Assembly (NCBI RefSeq): GCF_001194135.2
Contig: NC_068990.1
Location: forward strand, 6,132,017-6,180,636
Length of the DNA: 48,620 nt
Direction of reading: 5' to 3'
From: Octopus bimaculoides
Taxonomy: Eukaryota
Shown: positions 10,966-24,074 of the stretch, piece by piece
Layout of the letters: each line of letters opens with the position of its first letter
Position numbering within the stretch: the first letter of the stretch is position 1
Program-made: the position numbers and the translations under genes
The notes under the pieces: model-generated
Told to the model about the DNA's origin: nothing
The model's database searches: none
The model's input: only the letters and a program-made list of their open reading frames with translations

Positions 10966-13821
10966 AGTAAAACTCTGTCCACAAACTGGTTAGTACCACC
11001 TACAAAGATAATGTACGAAAGGGTTAAAACTTATATAATAACTGAAGAAAGCAATTGCTACAGTGATGCTAATGCCCAAACAAAAAGAAAACAAAAATAT
11101 AACCCAAGAGGACAGTACAGAGATCCAGTTTGTATGAAAATATAAATTACATACAAGCGGAAGTTTTTGTCTACGAAATACTTGGATTATCTCAGCTGAG
11201 TGAAGCCTTTTAACTCACTAATTTACATTCGTGAGATCGTATCTTACAAGTACGAAAAGATCTCACAGATCGCGACTACCCTGAAGTATTTTCCCTCATC
11301 AGTATTGTTGGTATTTTATTCTTCAGTATATGAAATGACGGTGAGTTGTCAGAATTGGTAGGGTTCCGGACAAAATATGTTGTTGTTTCTAGTTTTATTT
11401 CTTTATGTTCTGAGTTCGAAGCCCGTCAACGTATTTATTACGATGCTAAATTTTCCATTTCCTTTTGCTTTTTAATCAACTGTTTTATTTTTATTCTTGG
11501 ATCCATTTTCACTCAGACAAGATATACCGACACCTTACCTAAGCTCATGACATGCTAATTCCATAGAAGGGAGTTGCAGTGACCGTTCTCAAAAGGAATA
11601 ATCCTCAAAAGTTTTCGTACCTCGAAAGCTTCCTAATATTCGAACACTGATGGGGGACATATGACATGTCCCCCATCAGTGCATGTCAGCCACAGATTTT
11701 TCGGTTAACTTGCAATAGACTCTGAAAAAGAATAATTCACTGCTGTAGCTTGTTATAAAAAAAACTCATCAATAAGCATTTGTCTGAAAATAAAATATAT
11801 GTGTACAGATATGTGACACTCTAAAGACAGGGTTATTTAAAAAATTAAGATTTCTTCATGCCAAACTAAAAAGTTTCGTCGTTACTGCATATACAAGTAT
11901 CTTAATATTTTGTCATATAACCATAGAATTCAAGTATTTATCTTAACTTTATAATGACATTTAACACGACGCGTTTCAGTATTAATTCTGCCCTGTTTGT
12001 TAAATACATGCCTAAATAACAAATTGAAATAAACATAAACGTCTCGAACGAATCAATTAAAGAATTTATTCGTAGTCACTTAATCTGCAAGATATAACAG
12101 TCAACTCTCCTTCAAGCTATACCTTACCGCCTTTAAAAAAGAGAGAGAGAGAGAGAGAGAACATTTTGGGAAACGTAGTCTGAGATAAACTATGATTACA
12201 AAAATAAAGAAATGTTCATATTTTATTAATGCTGATCTGGGATTGAACAACAATAATTATGACAAAACAACTGGGATAGAGCCTAATTTGCTTTTGGTAT
12301 TCGTTTTTTGTTTTGCTTTTTGTGTCCCAAGTTCATTTTGTTCGTGTATATTTTGTTTATTTTTTATTTGAGCATTCCTAATTATTGATTAAACGAAATT
12401 AAAAAAAAATAAACAAAAGAAAATTTGGTGAAACAGAAATGTAAGTCACTCTTAGTTCCTGGTTTGATTAATTTATTGATGGGTAATGTCTTTTTGGCGA
12501 CAGTGATGCTGAACAAATATCTAACCGATGAAAAAATTTCCATATGTAAATTTACTGCTCTTGAGTCTCTCACACTAATGAGGTCTTCATTGAGCAACTT
12601 GTTTGCATAAACCAGAATTAATGGACCGTAGCAAACGGACTCATTTGAATTGGAACATCACAGAAACTTGTAAGTCGGCGATGCGTCAATAATACAAAAG
12701 AGAATATTCTTTTTCTTTTATTTTTCAATTTAATCCTGTTTAATGGATTCACAAAATATTGAATTATTTTTCATCTCAGTCGTTGGAATATATATACAAA
12801 CACACACACACACTTACACACACACACACACACATTGCGAAGAAAAATCAATAAAACATCATAAAGCATTTATAAAATTCAAACATGAAAATGTCTTGTT
12901 AAAAAGAATACATATTTCTAAATGGAATTATCCTTGCTGAAAACTCTATTGAAAAGGATCACAAGGAATATATTAAGAGCATGAATAAATTATTTATGGA
13001 TATTTGATATGAATAAAATATTTTTTTCTTATCCTTTGCCGTTAAGATATCTAACAGTTTGTTTATTTGTCACGCTGACAATATTGGACGGGAAAATAAA
13101 CTCTGAACTACAGTTTATATTACTTCATGTCGCAACAACAATTCTGGCTAAGACTCAACTCTGCAATCCTACTTCAGTGTTATTTAGTTTGCTTTTTTGT
13201 TTTGTTTTGTTTTGTTTTCTTCATGCAGAGTTTGAACTCTCCCGGAATCTTTTTTTTTTTTCATACTCATATGGCTATTGTTGTTCAATACCCCGATGTG
13301 AATGGACATGCGAAGGCCATAGGTACAACACCTACAACAGTATTTCGTAAGAGGGCTTTAAATAAAATTAGGTGTGAAGTGAATATCAAAATTCCTAAAG
13401 ATTTGCACCTGCGTCACACATTGTAAATGTAATGCAGTGAGGTCGAATTTTGGTGTTTTTTGCAAAATCAAAAGGAGCGTCTGATCACTGATCGAAACTA
13501 GACGATTATACAAAAAGGAAACGAGAACATTTGAAGTTATATCTGATTGAGAAAACCTAAGATCAAAGGCGTTTCAGCAATAAACATCTCATCTTATTTT
13601 ATCAAGAACTACGTTGTCCAATGTGTCCTGCTTTAAAAAAAAATAAGACCATATCATTTGAAAGATATTTAGGTCGTTATTTCTAGTTGATCGAGCAACT
13701 ACTCAGAGGTTTCATCAGTAGCTCGTAACTCACTGGAATATCAAGAAGTAATGAAGAATGAAGGAATTAAGTATTCTGACTAGAAACAGCACTAAAGATT
13801 TGAACTCATTACCTATTCATA

Positions 13822-14028
13822 CTCTGGGCACAAGGCTCGAAATTTTGGGGGAGGAAGCCAATCGATTATATCGACCTCAGTACGTAACTGGTACTTAATT
13901 TATCGACCCTGAAAGGATGAAAAGCACAGTCGACCTCGGCGGAATTCGAACTCAGAACGTAAAGACAGATGAAATATCGCTAAGCATTTCGCCCGGTATG
14001 CTAACGTTTCCGCCAGCTCGCCGCCTTT
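13822..14028 (-). mobile_element. SINE family B (tRNA-like head, conserved body)
   Basis: Reverse complement AAGGCGGCGAGCTGGCGGAAACGTTAGC..CTGAGTTCGAATTCCGCC (A/B boxes), then GTCGACTGTGCTTTTCATCCTTTCAGGGTCGATAAATTAAGTACC. Further copies at ~9365-9480, 11335-11440 (+), 16035-16300, 29485-29635 and 32700-32850. Confidence 0.9.
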
Positions 14029-15797
14029 GGAGAAGTAAATATTGGATACAGCAGAGTTGACGTGATGTGTTTAGCAGAGCCTGCCGACATACTCTGAAAT
14101 TGTGCTGTCTGACAAGAAGTTTCGAATCTGGCCTCATGTCAGACAAAGTCAAAGGCTTTGCCGATGTATATTTAGAAAATAATAATACATGAGTTATGGT
14201 TGCTGTTGTTGTTTAACCCCAAGTTCAGCCATAATTGAGTAGATCTATGAGTAAACGCAATCGATAACCTACTTAGGTGCTTTCCCCAGATGGCGGTGGA
14301 AATTTTTATATAGATCCTAGGGACAAAGGGGCGTGTTGGAGGCGAAAGATTCGTCATTTGATTGCCCTAATTTTCAAAACTATTTTCAATTTTCATTGTG
14401 GCTGCAAATCATCTGGTTGAAATGTTGTTTTGACATTCCATATTATATTGATAATACGATATATATACAAGTAGTCCTTTAAACGGCGATCAACCTGTCG
14501 TCAGTAATTTGTGTGGCGTGTTTAATTTTGCTGAAGCGCAACAAGGAAGGTGTTAAAATACATTTAGTAAAAGAAAGGAAGTCATAGTTAAAAAGAAAGA
14601 TTAGAAGCATTGCTACTATTCAACACAACTGATAGGAGACCGGGGCGTCTGACTAATAATAATTAAGCCAGCTGCTATTCGCTAAGACTGTATTGAACCG
14701 ACGCATTATTGATGCCAGATCTCAACAAAAGATATCTCTATTTAAATAAATACATGATAAAATTAATATCACTATTCTAAATTCAGACAAATATAAGAAA
14801 ATACATTAATCAATTACTGGATGTCAGCTCCAAACTTTTATGATATCCCAAGGGGATAAAATACTGCAATTCAAATTCTTTCTCAATAGACTGTTTGAAG
14901 CCATCGTGGCAGTAAATAACACTGACGTCAGACTGAGCACAGTCTTTGGTAAATATCCACTTGCCGCCTTCGACGGTTATGCTAAAATACGCAAAACAAG
15001 AATATCCTCTTGAGACCTATCATCGCTCAAACTAAACAACATCACCTGCTTTGCAGGTCATCGAGGAAGCTTCTTTGTTATCGCTCGACTAGTTCGAATT
15101 AGTAGTCAAATCTCACTTCAAATCATTCCTTTCCATCTTGAAATATAAAAGGAATGAAACGTGGGATAATGTAGTCTTGAATATACATTGCCTGAAATAG
15201 AAAATGAGATGGAATCGGTTGAGATGTTTTAAATCAAAGACCTTATTGATGAGAGCTGACTAAAGGCTAAGCAACATCAGCAACAACATTAATGTACCAG
15301 AAATGCAATACTTGGATAAAATTGTTGAAAACCATAAAGAATAATTTGAATAGAAAGTTAATTGCATGAGAGTTGAAGGGATTCTTTTGTAGCAAAACAA
15401 TCTGTAAACTATTAACTAAATGTCTGTTATCTTTCTCTTCTACTTTTCTCATGGCGAGCCAACAAAGGTGTCTGGTAGGTAACTCAACCTTCTAGAAATA
15501 GCAACCAAACATCTTTCAGCCTTTCACTGTCAACTGCACAGATAAAATAAATATCTATTATAGTTTGTATATTTCTTAAGACTGTAAATACTACACGAAT
15601 TTAAGATCAAAATAGGAACATTTTTAAATAATTCTATTTTAAATACTATCTAGAATTTACAATTAACATAATAAAGTTCTAACTTATGGATTAGGAAGTT
15701 CTCTGTTGGTAGAACTTCAGTTTTCACTTTGCTTTTTTTAACCAGTTATATATTTAAAACAATCAAAGAAGTTTATTTCTACGTAACTACGTTAAGA

Positions 15798-15799
<2 letters not shown>

Positions 15800-15868
<69 letters not shown>
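15800..15868. repeat. (TG)n microsatellite
   Basis: Direct inspection. Confidence 0.97.
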
Positions 15869-15869
<1 letters not shown>

Positions 15870-18800
15870 TTCTTTTATCTTTTAGTCAGGTGGTATCAAT
15901 GATCCTTACAGGATCATCGATACAATTGGGAGAGAGGAAAGTATTCTAAAAAAGTCTAGCTGGATCCTTGCAATATAACATACTCCGCTAAAAGCACACA
16001 AGACATTTATCTGCTGGCAGTATTAAACAGGGAAGCGGTTTAAGTCTGCCACTTAAGAAGACTTAAGTTGACTGTAATGGGATTTTAACTCAGAACGCAG
16101 AAACTACAAGGCATTCGGTCCGAATTCGGTCCGACATCCTTGTAATTTCACCATTTCACCGCCCTAGACTGGAACTTCTTTACTGGGTCAGAAAGAATGA
16201 AAGGTAGAGTTAACTTCAGCTGGATATGAAGTCAGAGCATAGAGAATTGAAACAAATACCGCGAGATATTCTATCCGATGCTCTAACGAGTCTACCGATT
16301 TATTGTCTCTTAACTGTAATAAATAATGAAATTCAATCTCAGATCAGGAGAAATAACATAACTGGAGTCAATAGAATATACTTTATAGCCTGGTCAGAGG
16401 AAGAAGGGTAACGTCCATAAACATTTTTTTTTATATAGGGCATCGGTGACTGGGGAAATGAGCGGAAGGAACCGGAAACCCGGTCCGAGTGCTTGCGATA
16501 GAGAGCTTTGCTAAAGGCACCTAAGGATCAGGTGGATGTGATAAACCGAACGAATTAACTCTACCACCTAATAACAAGTAGCATCTATCCGACAGCAATT
16601 TTTTTATCAGCCCAAAATTACGGCCCAAGACTACGTTTTATGCACTTGAAACGAACAAATAACTACATGAATGCGAAGCGAAGTTCTAAAACCAATATAA
16701 GATGTCTTCTAAAGATAATATAGCTTTATCATGATCTACAACAAAACAGAAATTTCACAGCATTTCAGACTTGTAAGCAGAACGACTCACGGATACTACA
16801 GACGATACTTTTTCAGGTTGCGTGCAGTAGGATCGAACCAAGAACCACGTGAATGCGAAGCTGTCTCCTTAGCTGCTTAATAACTTTTAAAGGAAGTGTA
16901 TCATATTTTCAAAGTCTGCTACAATAGCGAACTCTGACATTACTCCTAAACAGAACAAGTAGTTTTTCATTGTAATAGCAATTATGATTTCTTATTTTGA
17001 TACCACACCACGAATTTGTTGGAGAAGATTGTAGACGATTGAATCAGCTCTGGTACGTAATTGGTACTTATTATATCGAGTTTGGGATACACGGTAAAAT
17101 CATCGTCACTGAAAATGAATCACTCTGACTTCTTGTAATGGTTTTCTCCTAATAATTTATTTTGTTTACTCTGGAACTAAGTGCGATAAAACAAATACTA
17201 ATAATTTACTACTTCAATTCCATCGATTTTATTCGATGAGGAAAGTAGTTTTGCGTCTAGAGAAAATAATCGTTTTACTATACATATAAAGATAAGTCGG
17301 AAGTTATGAGGAAAATTGTAAGACTGCCAGACTAAAAGCATTATAGCATTGTTATTCGTACATCTGCGTTATGAGTTCAAGTCTTAGTAATGTTGTCTTT
17401 GACTAGCAGCTGTCTAGTACAAGAGTGGAGAGCCTGCGGCCTTTGAGGCTCTTCGTGCGGGATTCTGGATGAAGTTGACATCTTGTCCAAATATATATTT
17501 GTTGATTTATAAATTATTATATTTAGTAGCAAGAAAACGTCCTCCGGGTGGTTTCCTGTTAGTCATTATAATAAGGACATGCTTTTTTCTTTTAGTTAGA
17601 GAGGATATCAAAAAGAGAGATTTCGGTTACATACATGCATCGTCGACAGGTTAGCATGATTATTGTTATATTCTGATGTTTCTGAATTCTCAAAACCTCA
17701 TTCAAAAGCCAGTTAAATTTTTATTTTTTACTTTAATATTTATATTCACATTTTCACAATAAATTTAATTACATTTTCATATATACATAACTATCTTTAA
17801 TACGGCCTTGTTAAATTACATTTAATTTAATGTAGCCCTCAAATATAACATAAACGCAACTTGCCCTTGATCTAGGTTCAAAAACATAATCCAGTTGCAA
17901 ACTGAAATTGATTCAATGACTATGCCGATATATTTCTGGCTTTGCGGCAATTCAATAACGAATGCTATGATAAAGAATGAATTTCATTAAAATAATTTAA
18001 AGTGAATAGCCATCGGTTTTGCCTTCTAAACAATTAATATATTTCCGCAATTAAATTGGTCCTGAACTGAATAATAAATTTGCCTCTAATTTATATCCTG
18101 TTTTTATATCTGACAACCAATATTCCCCTTTCATATAATTCTAGCTTGCAGATGATAATTCTAAATTATGAAAATCACATCTAATTCGCGGATATAACCT
18201 ACTAAATCCTTAGAAATTGAAGATGTATGAATGTATGAATAAAATACTATGCCATGATACCTTGATATTAATGGTATAATTTCTTACTAGTTGAGCTGTT
18301 CAAACGATCATTATCAACTGTTAAGCTTTATCAAGTTCATTGATAGAAACACAATGGAATCTCTTATCCAGAAGCATGTTTTATTAATGAAGTACAATGA
18401 ATTAGGCAAGTATTTGATAAATTATACAGCGGAATGTGTCACACATTCATTAGACAACTCCACAAAGTATACATTTTGTTAACTGGCCAACACGTTAAGA
18501 TATTCGCCTGTCCAATTTATCTAATTCTAAACATGACGATTACACTATAATTGATTAGTATTTTGTTACTATGCAGTAATACACAAAACCTGGAATATAC
18601 AGATATACTTACACTGGAGAGGCAGATATATCTCCCGACAGCTTTAATTGATAAAGTTTCAACTATGTATACTCTACTATGAAGAACAATTCTCAAAGAC
18701 AGACAATATACACAAACATCTGAAGCAAAATCTCTTGTTCGAGCTCTATCCAAACATTCCAACTAGAACTTTTTATACTCATAAGTTGATAAAATTGAAA

Positions 18801-20094
18801 TAACCGAAAAGAAATTATATTGAAGTCCAGCAGGGCAAAATTAAGACTGCCGGGAAACTGAGTGAAGATCTGCACCAGCAACAATGCTAATTAAATTCGA
18901 AAAACATCTTACTATTTAACTTTTCACAGCAATCAAACATATTGAACCAACACATTCTTCCGTTGTTGTTTTTGGCCTTCGGGAAGGGAATGCTGCATGG
19001 TCGAAATAGGTCCTCCCCGAGATTGGTCATATCGATAATATTTAATGTTTCCTTTTGGAAAATACCAATTTGAATGTTGCGTGGAAAATGTGTGCAAGGG
19101 AGAAAATACCGGTGAGAAGCAGGATTCTGTGGGAGACAGAATAAGTGCAATTACAAGCTCACAGTCTTTGAGTTATGATCTGTTAGAGAAAGTTGTGTTC
19201 TGGGGCAGTGTACGTAATTCAATAGGTCTGCGGTGGCGAACCATTTTTAATGTGAAAAAATCGAAATTTAATTTCTTTAGTAACACTGTGTAACATTTTT
19301 TTCTTATCTTTGGTTAGCAAGTGTTATTTCCCATTTGCTTTTACCTAGAAATCAAAGGAAATTACTTTTGTAACCTAGGCATCAATGTTTTGAAACTGAC
19401 CTATTTTCCATTACATTTCAGACAGATCCCGATGATGCAGAAATATCGTTATAGCAAATATTCTGCTCAATACCACAGATTTGCTTGTTATTTACTTGAC
19501 CTTAACCACTGGAGCCCCATAGTAGCTGACACTATGTGCATCTCTGAGCAGGAATAGTTTGACAATACATGCATCATGAGCAGGAATAGTTGGAGAGCAT
19601 CATAGCCATGTGTTGAGATGTATTCTTTGGAGTTTGAATAAATGTAACAAAAGTAGTTTGAAGGAAATATCGGCTAATTTTCATACTTTCCTGTGAAAGC
19701 AAATAGGAAATAACAGTTGCTACCCAAGGACAAAAGTCGTGTTACACAGTGTGATCCTGTTATTGATGGTATAATCTAAATTTGTGCAATTTCATATACA
19801 TTCATTGACACCAATTAGCTTCATGTATACGCACATATCAATGCATAATACTGCACTTACAGATCATCGAACTCTAGAAACAGCTGTAAAGGATTACCCA
19901 TATTCACTGCTCTGTAATCAGTGAGGCTAGAATATAAACTCTCCGGATTCCTACATGTGTATGAAGAACCACAATGAAGAACTGCTTGGATTCTCCCCGT
20001 TCTATTCTCTTTTATCTGTGATTTTAGAGTATGAACCTACCTATGAAAAACTACTCTGAACTTTCGCTTTTATGGTTTTTCTATTTTCTGCTTT

Positions 20095-21419
20095 CAGTCC
20101 GCGACAGCATCGAGGGTACTTTTGAATTTTTCCCACCGAGTAATCATTTCCCAGGCCCTAAACACCCCGGAAAGCGATGGAGCTCGCCGCGTAGTTTATA
20201 TCCTGATATTTTTTCTCTCTGTAAGGGATTTTTAAAAGAAAAGAAGAAAGGAAGTAAAAACTACCGCCTAAAGGAACACGTTTCGCTTATGCATGACAAT
20301 TATGTCAAGCGAATGATGAAAGTAAAGGAAGAGAAGAGTCAGAAGATCGTTTATATGGATGAAAGCTACATCCACAAGAACGATTGTCGGCATGAGGATT
20401 CATCCTACGATCCAAATGATGAACAAGATCTTACAACTATTGCATGCCACAAAGGACAACGATATTGTTTCATTGCTGCAATTATAGATGCCGATCATAG
20501 TATTCCGGACGGTCAACGATCGAATGAACAACAATCTGGATTACTGATGGATACGCTTGATCTCTTTGAAAAGGAAAAGAAGCAAACGAAGGATTATCAT
20601 GGCATGTTTAATCCCGAATACTTTGTCAAATGGGTGAGACAGTTATTGCAGTCTTTGAAAGGGGAGAACATATCCAATGTTGGTATCGTGATGGACAATG
20701 CCAAGTATCATAAAAAGCTACCCGAAAATACGCCGATAAAGAAAGCAACATTACAAAAAGCGGGTACAAAATATGGAACTGATTTTGATGGCAATGACAC
20801 GAAGGCTAAGTTATGGGGTAAACTGCTTCTGTGTACCCAAGGTAATGTAATTCTTGTTATTGCAAGAATGGCTCAAGATGAAGGACAGGAAGTACTATTT
20901 TCACCACCTCATCACTCGGATTAGCAACCAACTGAGACTGTCTGGGATGTTGTAAAAGGAGAGATTGGTAGGCAGTACACATCCGGCACTAGATTCATAG
21001 ATGTACTTCAATTTTTGAAAGGGGCTTTTAATCATCTGAAAGCAAATATTGTTTCAAGGATGCACCGATAAAGAAAATAGGAATCTGGGAAGCCTATGAG
21101 AACACATCACGTCTATGGATGAAAATGGATTATGAAAAAAGAGATGATTCAGATGAGAATATGGGTCTTAGTGGCTCTGATGCCGAGGAAAGCATTACTG
21201 AGGACTCTGATAATGATGATTAAAAATAAACCCGTATTTTCTTTTCATTAACCTTATTTTTCTAGCAAATGGTAAAATATTGTATCAATTCAAGATCATA
21301 CCTTTGCCAGAATTGCGCTATCAATAATTCCTCGGTTTTAGGCGTATCATGCAGCAACAGAGGTTGTGTTGAAGTTTTTTAACAAGTATCATTAATACCC
21401 ACGAAGCTGTCGCAGACTG
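20095..21419 (+). mobile_element. IS630/Tc1/mariner-superfamily transposon with long D-E spacer (Sailor/DD82E-like), 1325 bp
   Basis: 24-bp TIRs 20095-20118 (CAGTCCGCGACAGCATCGAGGGTA) and 21396-21419 match 21/24 and enclose the transposase pseudogene. Confidence 0.88.
20226..21223 (+). pseudogene. DDE transposase pseudogene (DD79E as it stands); N-terminal DNA-binding region absent
   Basis: VYMDESYIH, QRYCFIAAI, DYHGMF, IVMDNAKYH, FSPPHHSD*QPTETVWDVVKGEIGRQY. TAG at 20922-20924, two later frameshifts, acidic tail ending TAA 21221-21223. Confidence 0.9.
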
Positions 21420-21644
21420 TTAATTATATGTATAATCACTTCTGTGTATAACATTTTTTCTAAATGCTTTGATGTCATTAACAACCGCCTTTACAACTTG
21501 TATATTTATATCGGTTAAATTAGTGAGGAAGGCAAACAATTAGTCAAGGCGGGACTACGGCATTTAAATTCATTTAATCTATATATATATATATATATAT
21601 ATGATACTATATATTTTGTAAAATTTGTTTTATAAAAGTATATA

Positions 21645-21679
<35 letters not shown>

Positions 21680-21985
21680 NNNNNNNNNNNNNNNNNNNNN
21701 NNNNNNNNNNNNNNNNNNNNNNNNNNNNNNNNNNNNNNNNNNNNNNNNNNNNNNNNNNNNNNNNNNNNNNNNNNNNNNNNNNNNNNNNNNNNNNNNNNNN
21801 NNNNNNNNNNNNNNNNNNNNNNNNNNNNNNNNNNNNNNNNNNNNNNNNNNNNNNNNNNNNNNNNNNNNNNNNNNNNNNNNNNNNNNNNNNNNNNNNNNNN
21901 NNNNNNNNNNNNNNNNNNNNNNNNNNNNNNNNNNNNNNNNNNNNNNNNNNNNNNNNNNNNNNTATATATATATATATATATATAT

Positions 21986-22300
21986 GCTATAGTCCCTCAG
22001 GCCCACCAAAGCCTTGTGAGTGGATTTCTTACACGGAAACTGAAACAAGACTGTCGTATATATGTGTATATTTGTGTGTGTGTGTGTGTATGTGTGTGTT
22101 TGTGTGTATGTTTATACGCACACCATCGCTTACCAACCGATGTTGCTGTGTTTACGTCTCCGTAACTTAGCCGTTTGGCAAAATACACTGATAGAATAAG
22201 TACTAGGCTTACAAACAATAAATGCTGGCATCGATTTCTTCGACTAAAGGCAGTGCTCCAGCATGGCCGCTGTCACATGACCGAAACAAGTAACACAATA
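21986..22300 (+). mobile_element. SINE family A, 5'-truncated, internal (TA)/(TG) tract
   Basis: CCAAAGCCTTGTGAGTGGATTT..CACCATCGCTTACCAACCGATGTTG..GGCAGTGCTCCAGCATGGCCGC..GAAACAAGTAA. Confidence 0.9.
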
Positions 22301-22338
22301 AAATAGTATTCCATTTTAATCCCGAGCAATGCCGGGTA

Positions 22339-22415
<77 letters not shown>

Positions 22416-22421
<6 letters not shown>

Positions 22422-22728
22422 AACCTCGGTTTACGAATTTAATTCGTTCCTGAAGGCCGTTCGTCACTCGAAACGTTCGTGAATCGAAACTATGTTTCGC
22501 CGCAGGAAATTCAAGGGAAAATTCGAGCAGGGATGTGCACTGAGCGAAAGCCAGACACCAACTGGTGCTCTCCTACTGATAATTCTAGCTTATTGCCAAC
22601 CATTGCTTGTTGTTTGTGTATTCGTTGCTCGAGACTCTATTCGTCACCCCAGATGTTTTATGTTCGAAAACTTGTTCGTAAACAGATTTGCTTCTGATGA
22701 GAGGCATTCGTAAATCGATGTTCCACTG
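22416..22728. mobile_element. Tigger/pogo-like MITE, ~313 bp
   Basis: Left end (T)AGTGAAACCTCGGTTTACGAAT vs right-end reverse complement CAGTGGAACATCGATTTACGAAT; TA on both flanks; internal TTCGT motifs. Confidence 0.85.
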
Positions 22729-23247
22729 TATATATAATATCCGCTTTATAGAAGTTTATTTATGTAAATACATCAATATTAACCTTCAATTTATATTAAG
22801 ACACATAATTTTTTTAACATTCCTTTTATTTTTATTTAGTTTGTTTTTAAATTTTCTATTACCAATTTCCTTGTTCTTAATATGTTGACTTACTGGCCAT
22901 ATCTTCGTAATAGCTTAAAAATATTTTTTACCTTTATTATCATTATTAAATTATTCTGTCCTGCTTTTGTTTTTGCTTTCATTTTTACCCATTATCTACC
23001 GCCATGTTTGACAGTTATCATTCGATAACTCAGAAAACCTAATGGATTCTAGCTTCAGATTCTCGTTTCACCAATTTAGGAAACATAGAAATGCTCTTAA
23101 CTTGTCTTGCCTAAAAGGTTAAAGCTACAAGTTACGAGATTCTCAGGTATTTTGATACTTCATACCTAAAACTTAACCCGCATAATCTCCAAAAAGAAAC
23201 AATATTTTAGGTGGTCTTCGTATTACACACCACCCATACCTATTCAC

Positions 23248-23265
23248 ATGCGAAGCTACATACAT

Positions 23266-23350
<85 letters not shown>

Positions 23351-23650
23351 CATATATACATATATATATACATATATATATATACATATACGTATATATA
23401 TGTGTATGTCAATGTATATAAATATATATACTTTTATATGTGTATATTTATATACGTGTGTATGTGCGCGCGTGTCTTTGTGTCTGGTGTATGTGCACGC
23501 GCGTGTCTTTGTGTGTGGTGTGTGTATATATATGTGTGTGTGTGTTTGTGTGCGTGCGTGTGCGAGCGTAAACTTATACAGATACATATGTCTATTTTCA
23601 CATACGCATGCGTATACGTGTGTCTGTGTATTTGTGCACGTGAATGTAAC
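23248..23650. repeat. (TA)n and degenerate (TG)/(TA) low-complexity tract
   Basis: Direct inspection; source of the YIYI/CVCV ORFs. Confidence 0.95.
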
Positions 23651-24074
23651 ATATCTTTCTTTTAAATTTGATTCTGAAAACACGAATATATCTCAATTAC
23701 ATTTTTTACATTACTATTTTGTTATATATTACAGTTTTATGTATTAAAGTTTCCTGTTTTGTTTGAAATGGTGTAATGCTCCTATGAAATTTGCACCATC
23801 AATATTTCAAGGATTCTGCGGGGTTTTATCCTCCCTTTGAAAACAATGGTACAGGGGACTAGTGTCGTTCGAAGAAAATTTCTTTCGGTGAGATTGAAGA
23901 AAGGGTGGGAGCCCTAGGGGTTTGAATATAGACAAGAATCGGTATATAAGATTGCGTAAGGTAAGTAAATATGTATGCGTGTACTCGTGTGTATATATAT
24001 GTGTGTGCGTGTGTCTATGTATGTTTGTGTGTTTATACATATATGCACACGCATATATAAGTATGTGCAGATGT

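Noticed and set aside
11290-11315. CTGATGAGGGAAAATACTTC on the minus strand (hammerhead-like 5' half)
   Set aside because: No GAAA follows stem II; at most a decayed remnant.
11960-12000. GAAACGCGTC on the minus strand (hammerhead-like 3' half)
   Set aside because: No CUGANGA core upstream.
14100-14175. Minus-strand IYIGKAFDFV*HE resembling the LINE RT KAFD motif
   Set aside because: Too short and unsupported by neighbouring motifs.
15488-15505. CTAGAAATAGCA resembling the Cas9 sgRNA scaffold tetraloop
   Set aside because: Part of repeat family D in a eukaryotic context; no CRISPR array or cas gene anywhere in the window.
18291-18405. Candidate exon with AG acceptor and GC-type donor (AG|GCAAGT)
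   Set aside because: Phase does not join the other candidate exons, and there is no recognisable homology.
20031-20225. N-terminal 65 codons of the 297-aa ORF
   Set aside because: Runs through flanking DNA and the left TIR; not transposase-like.
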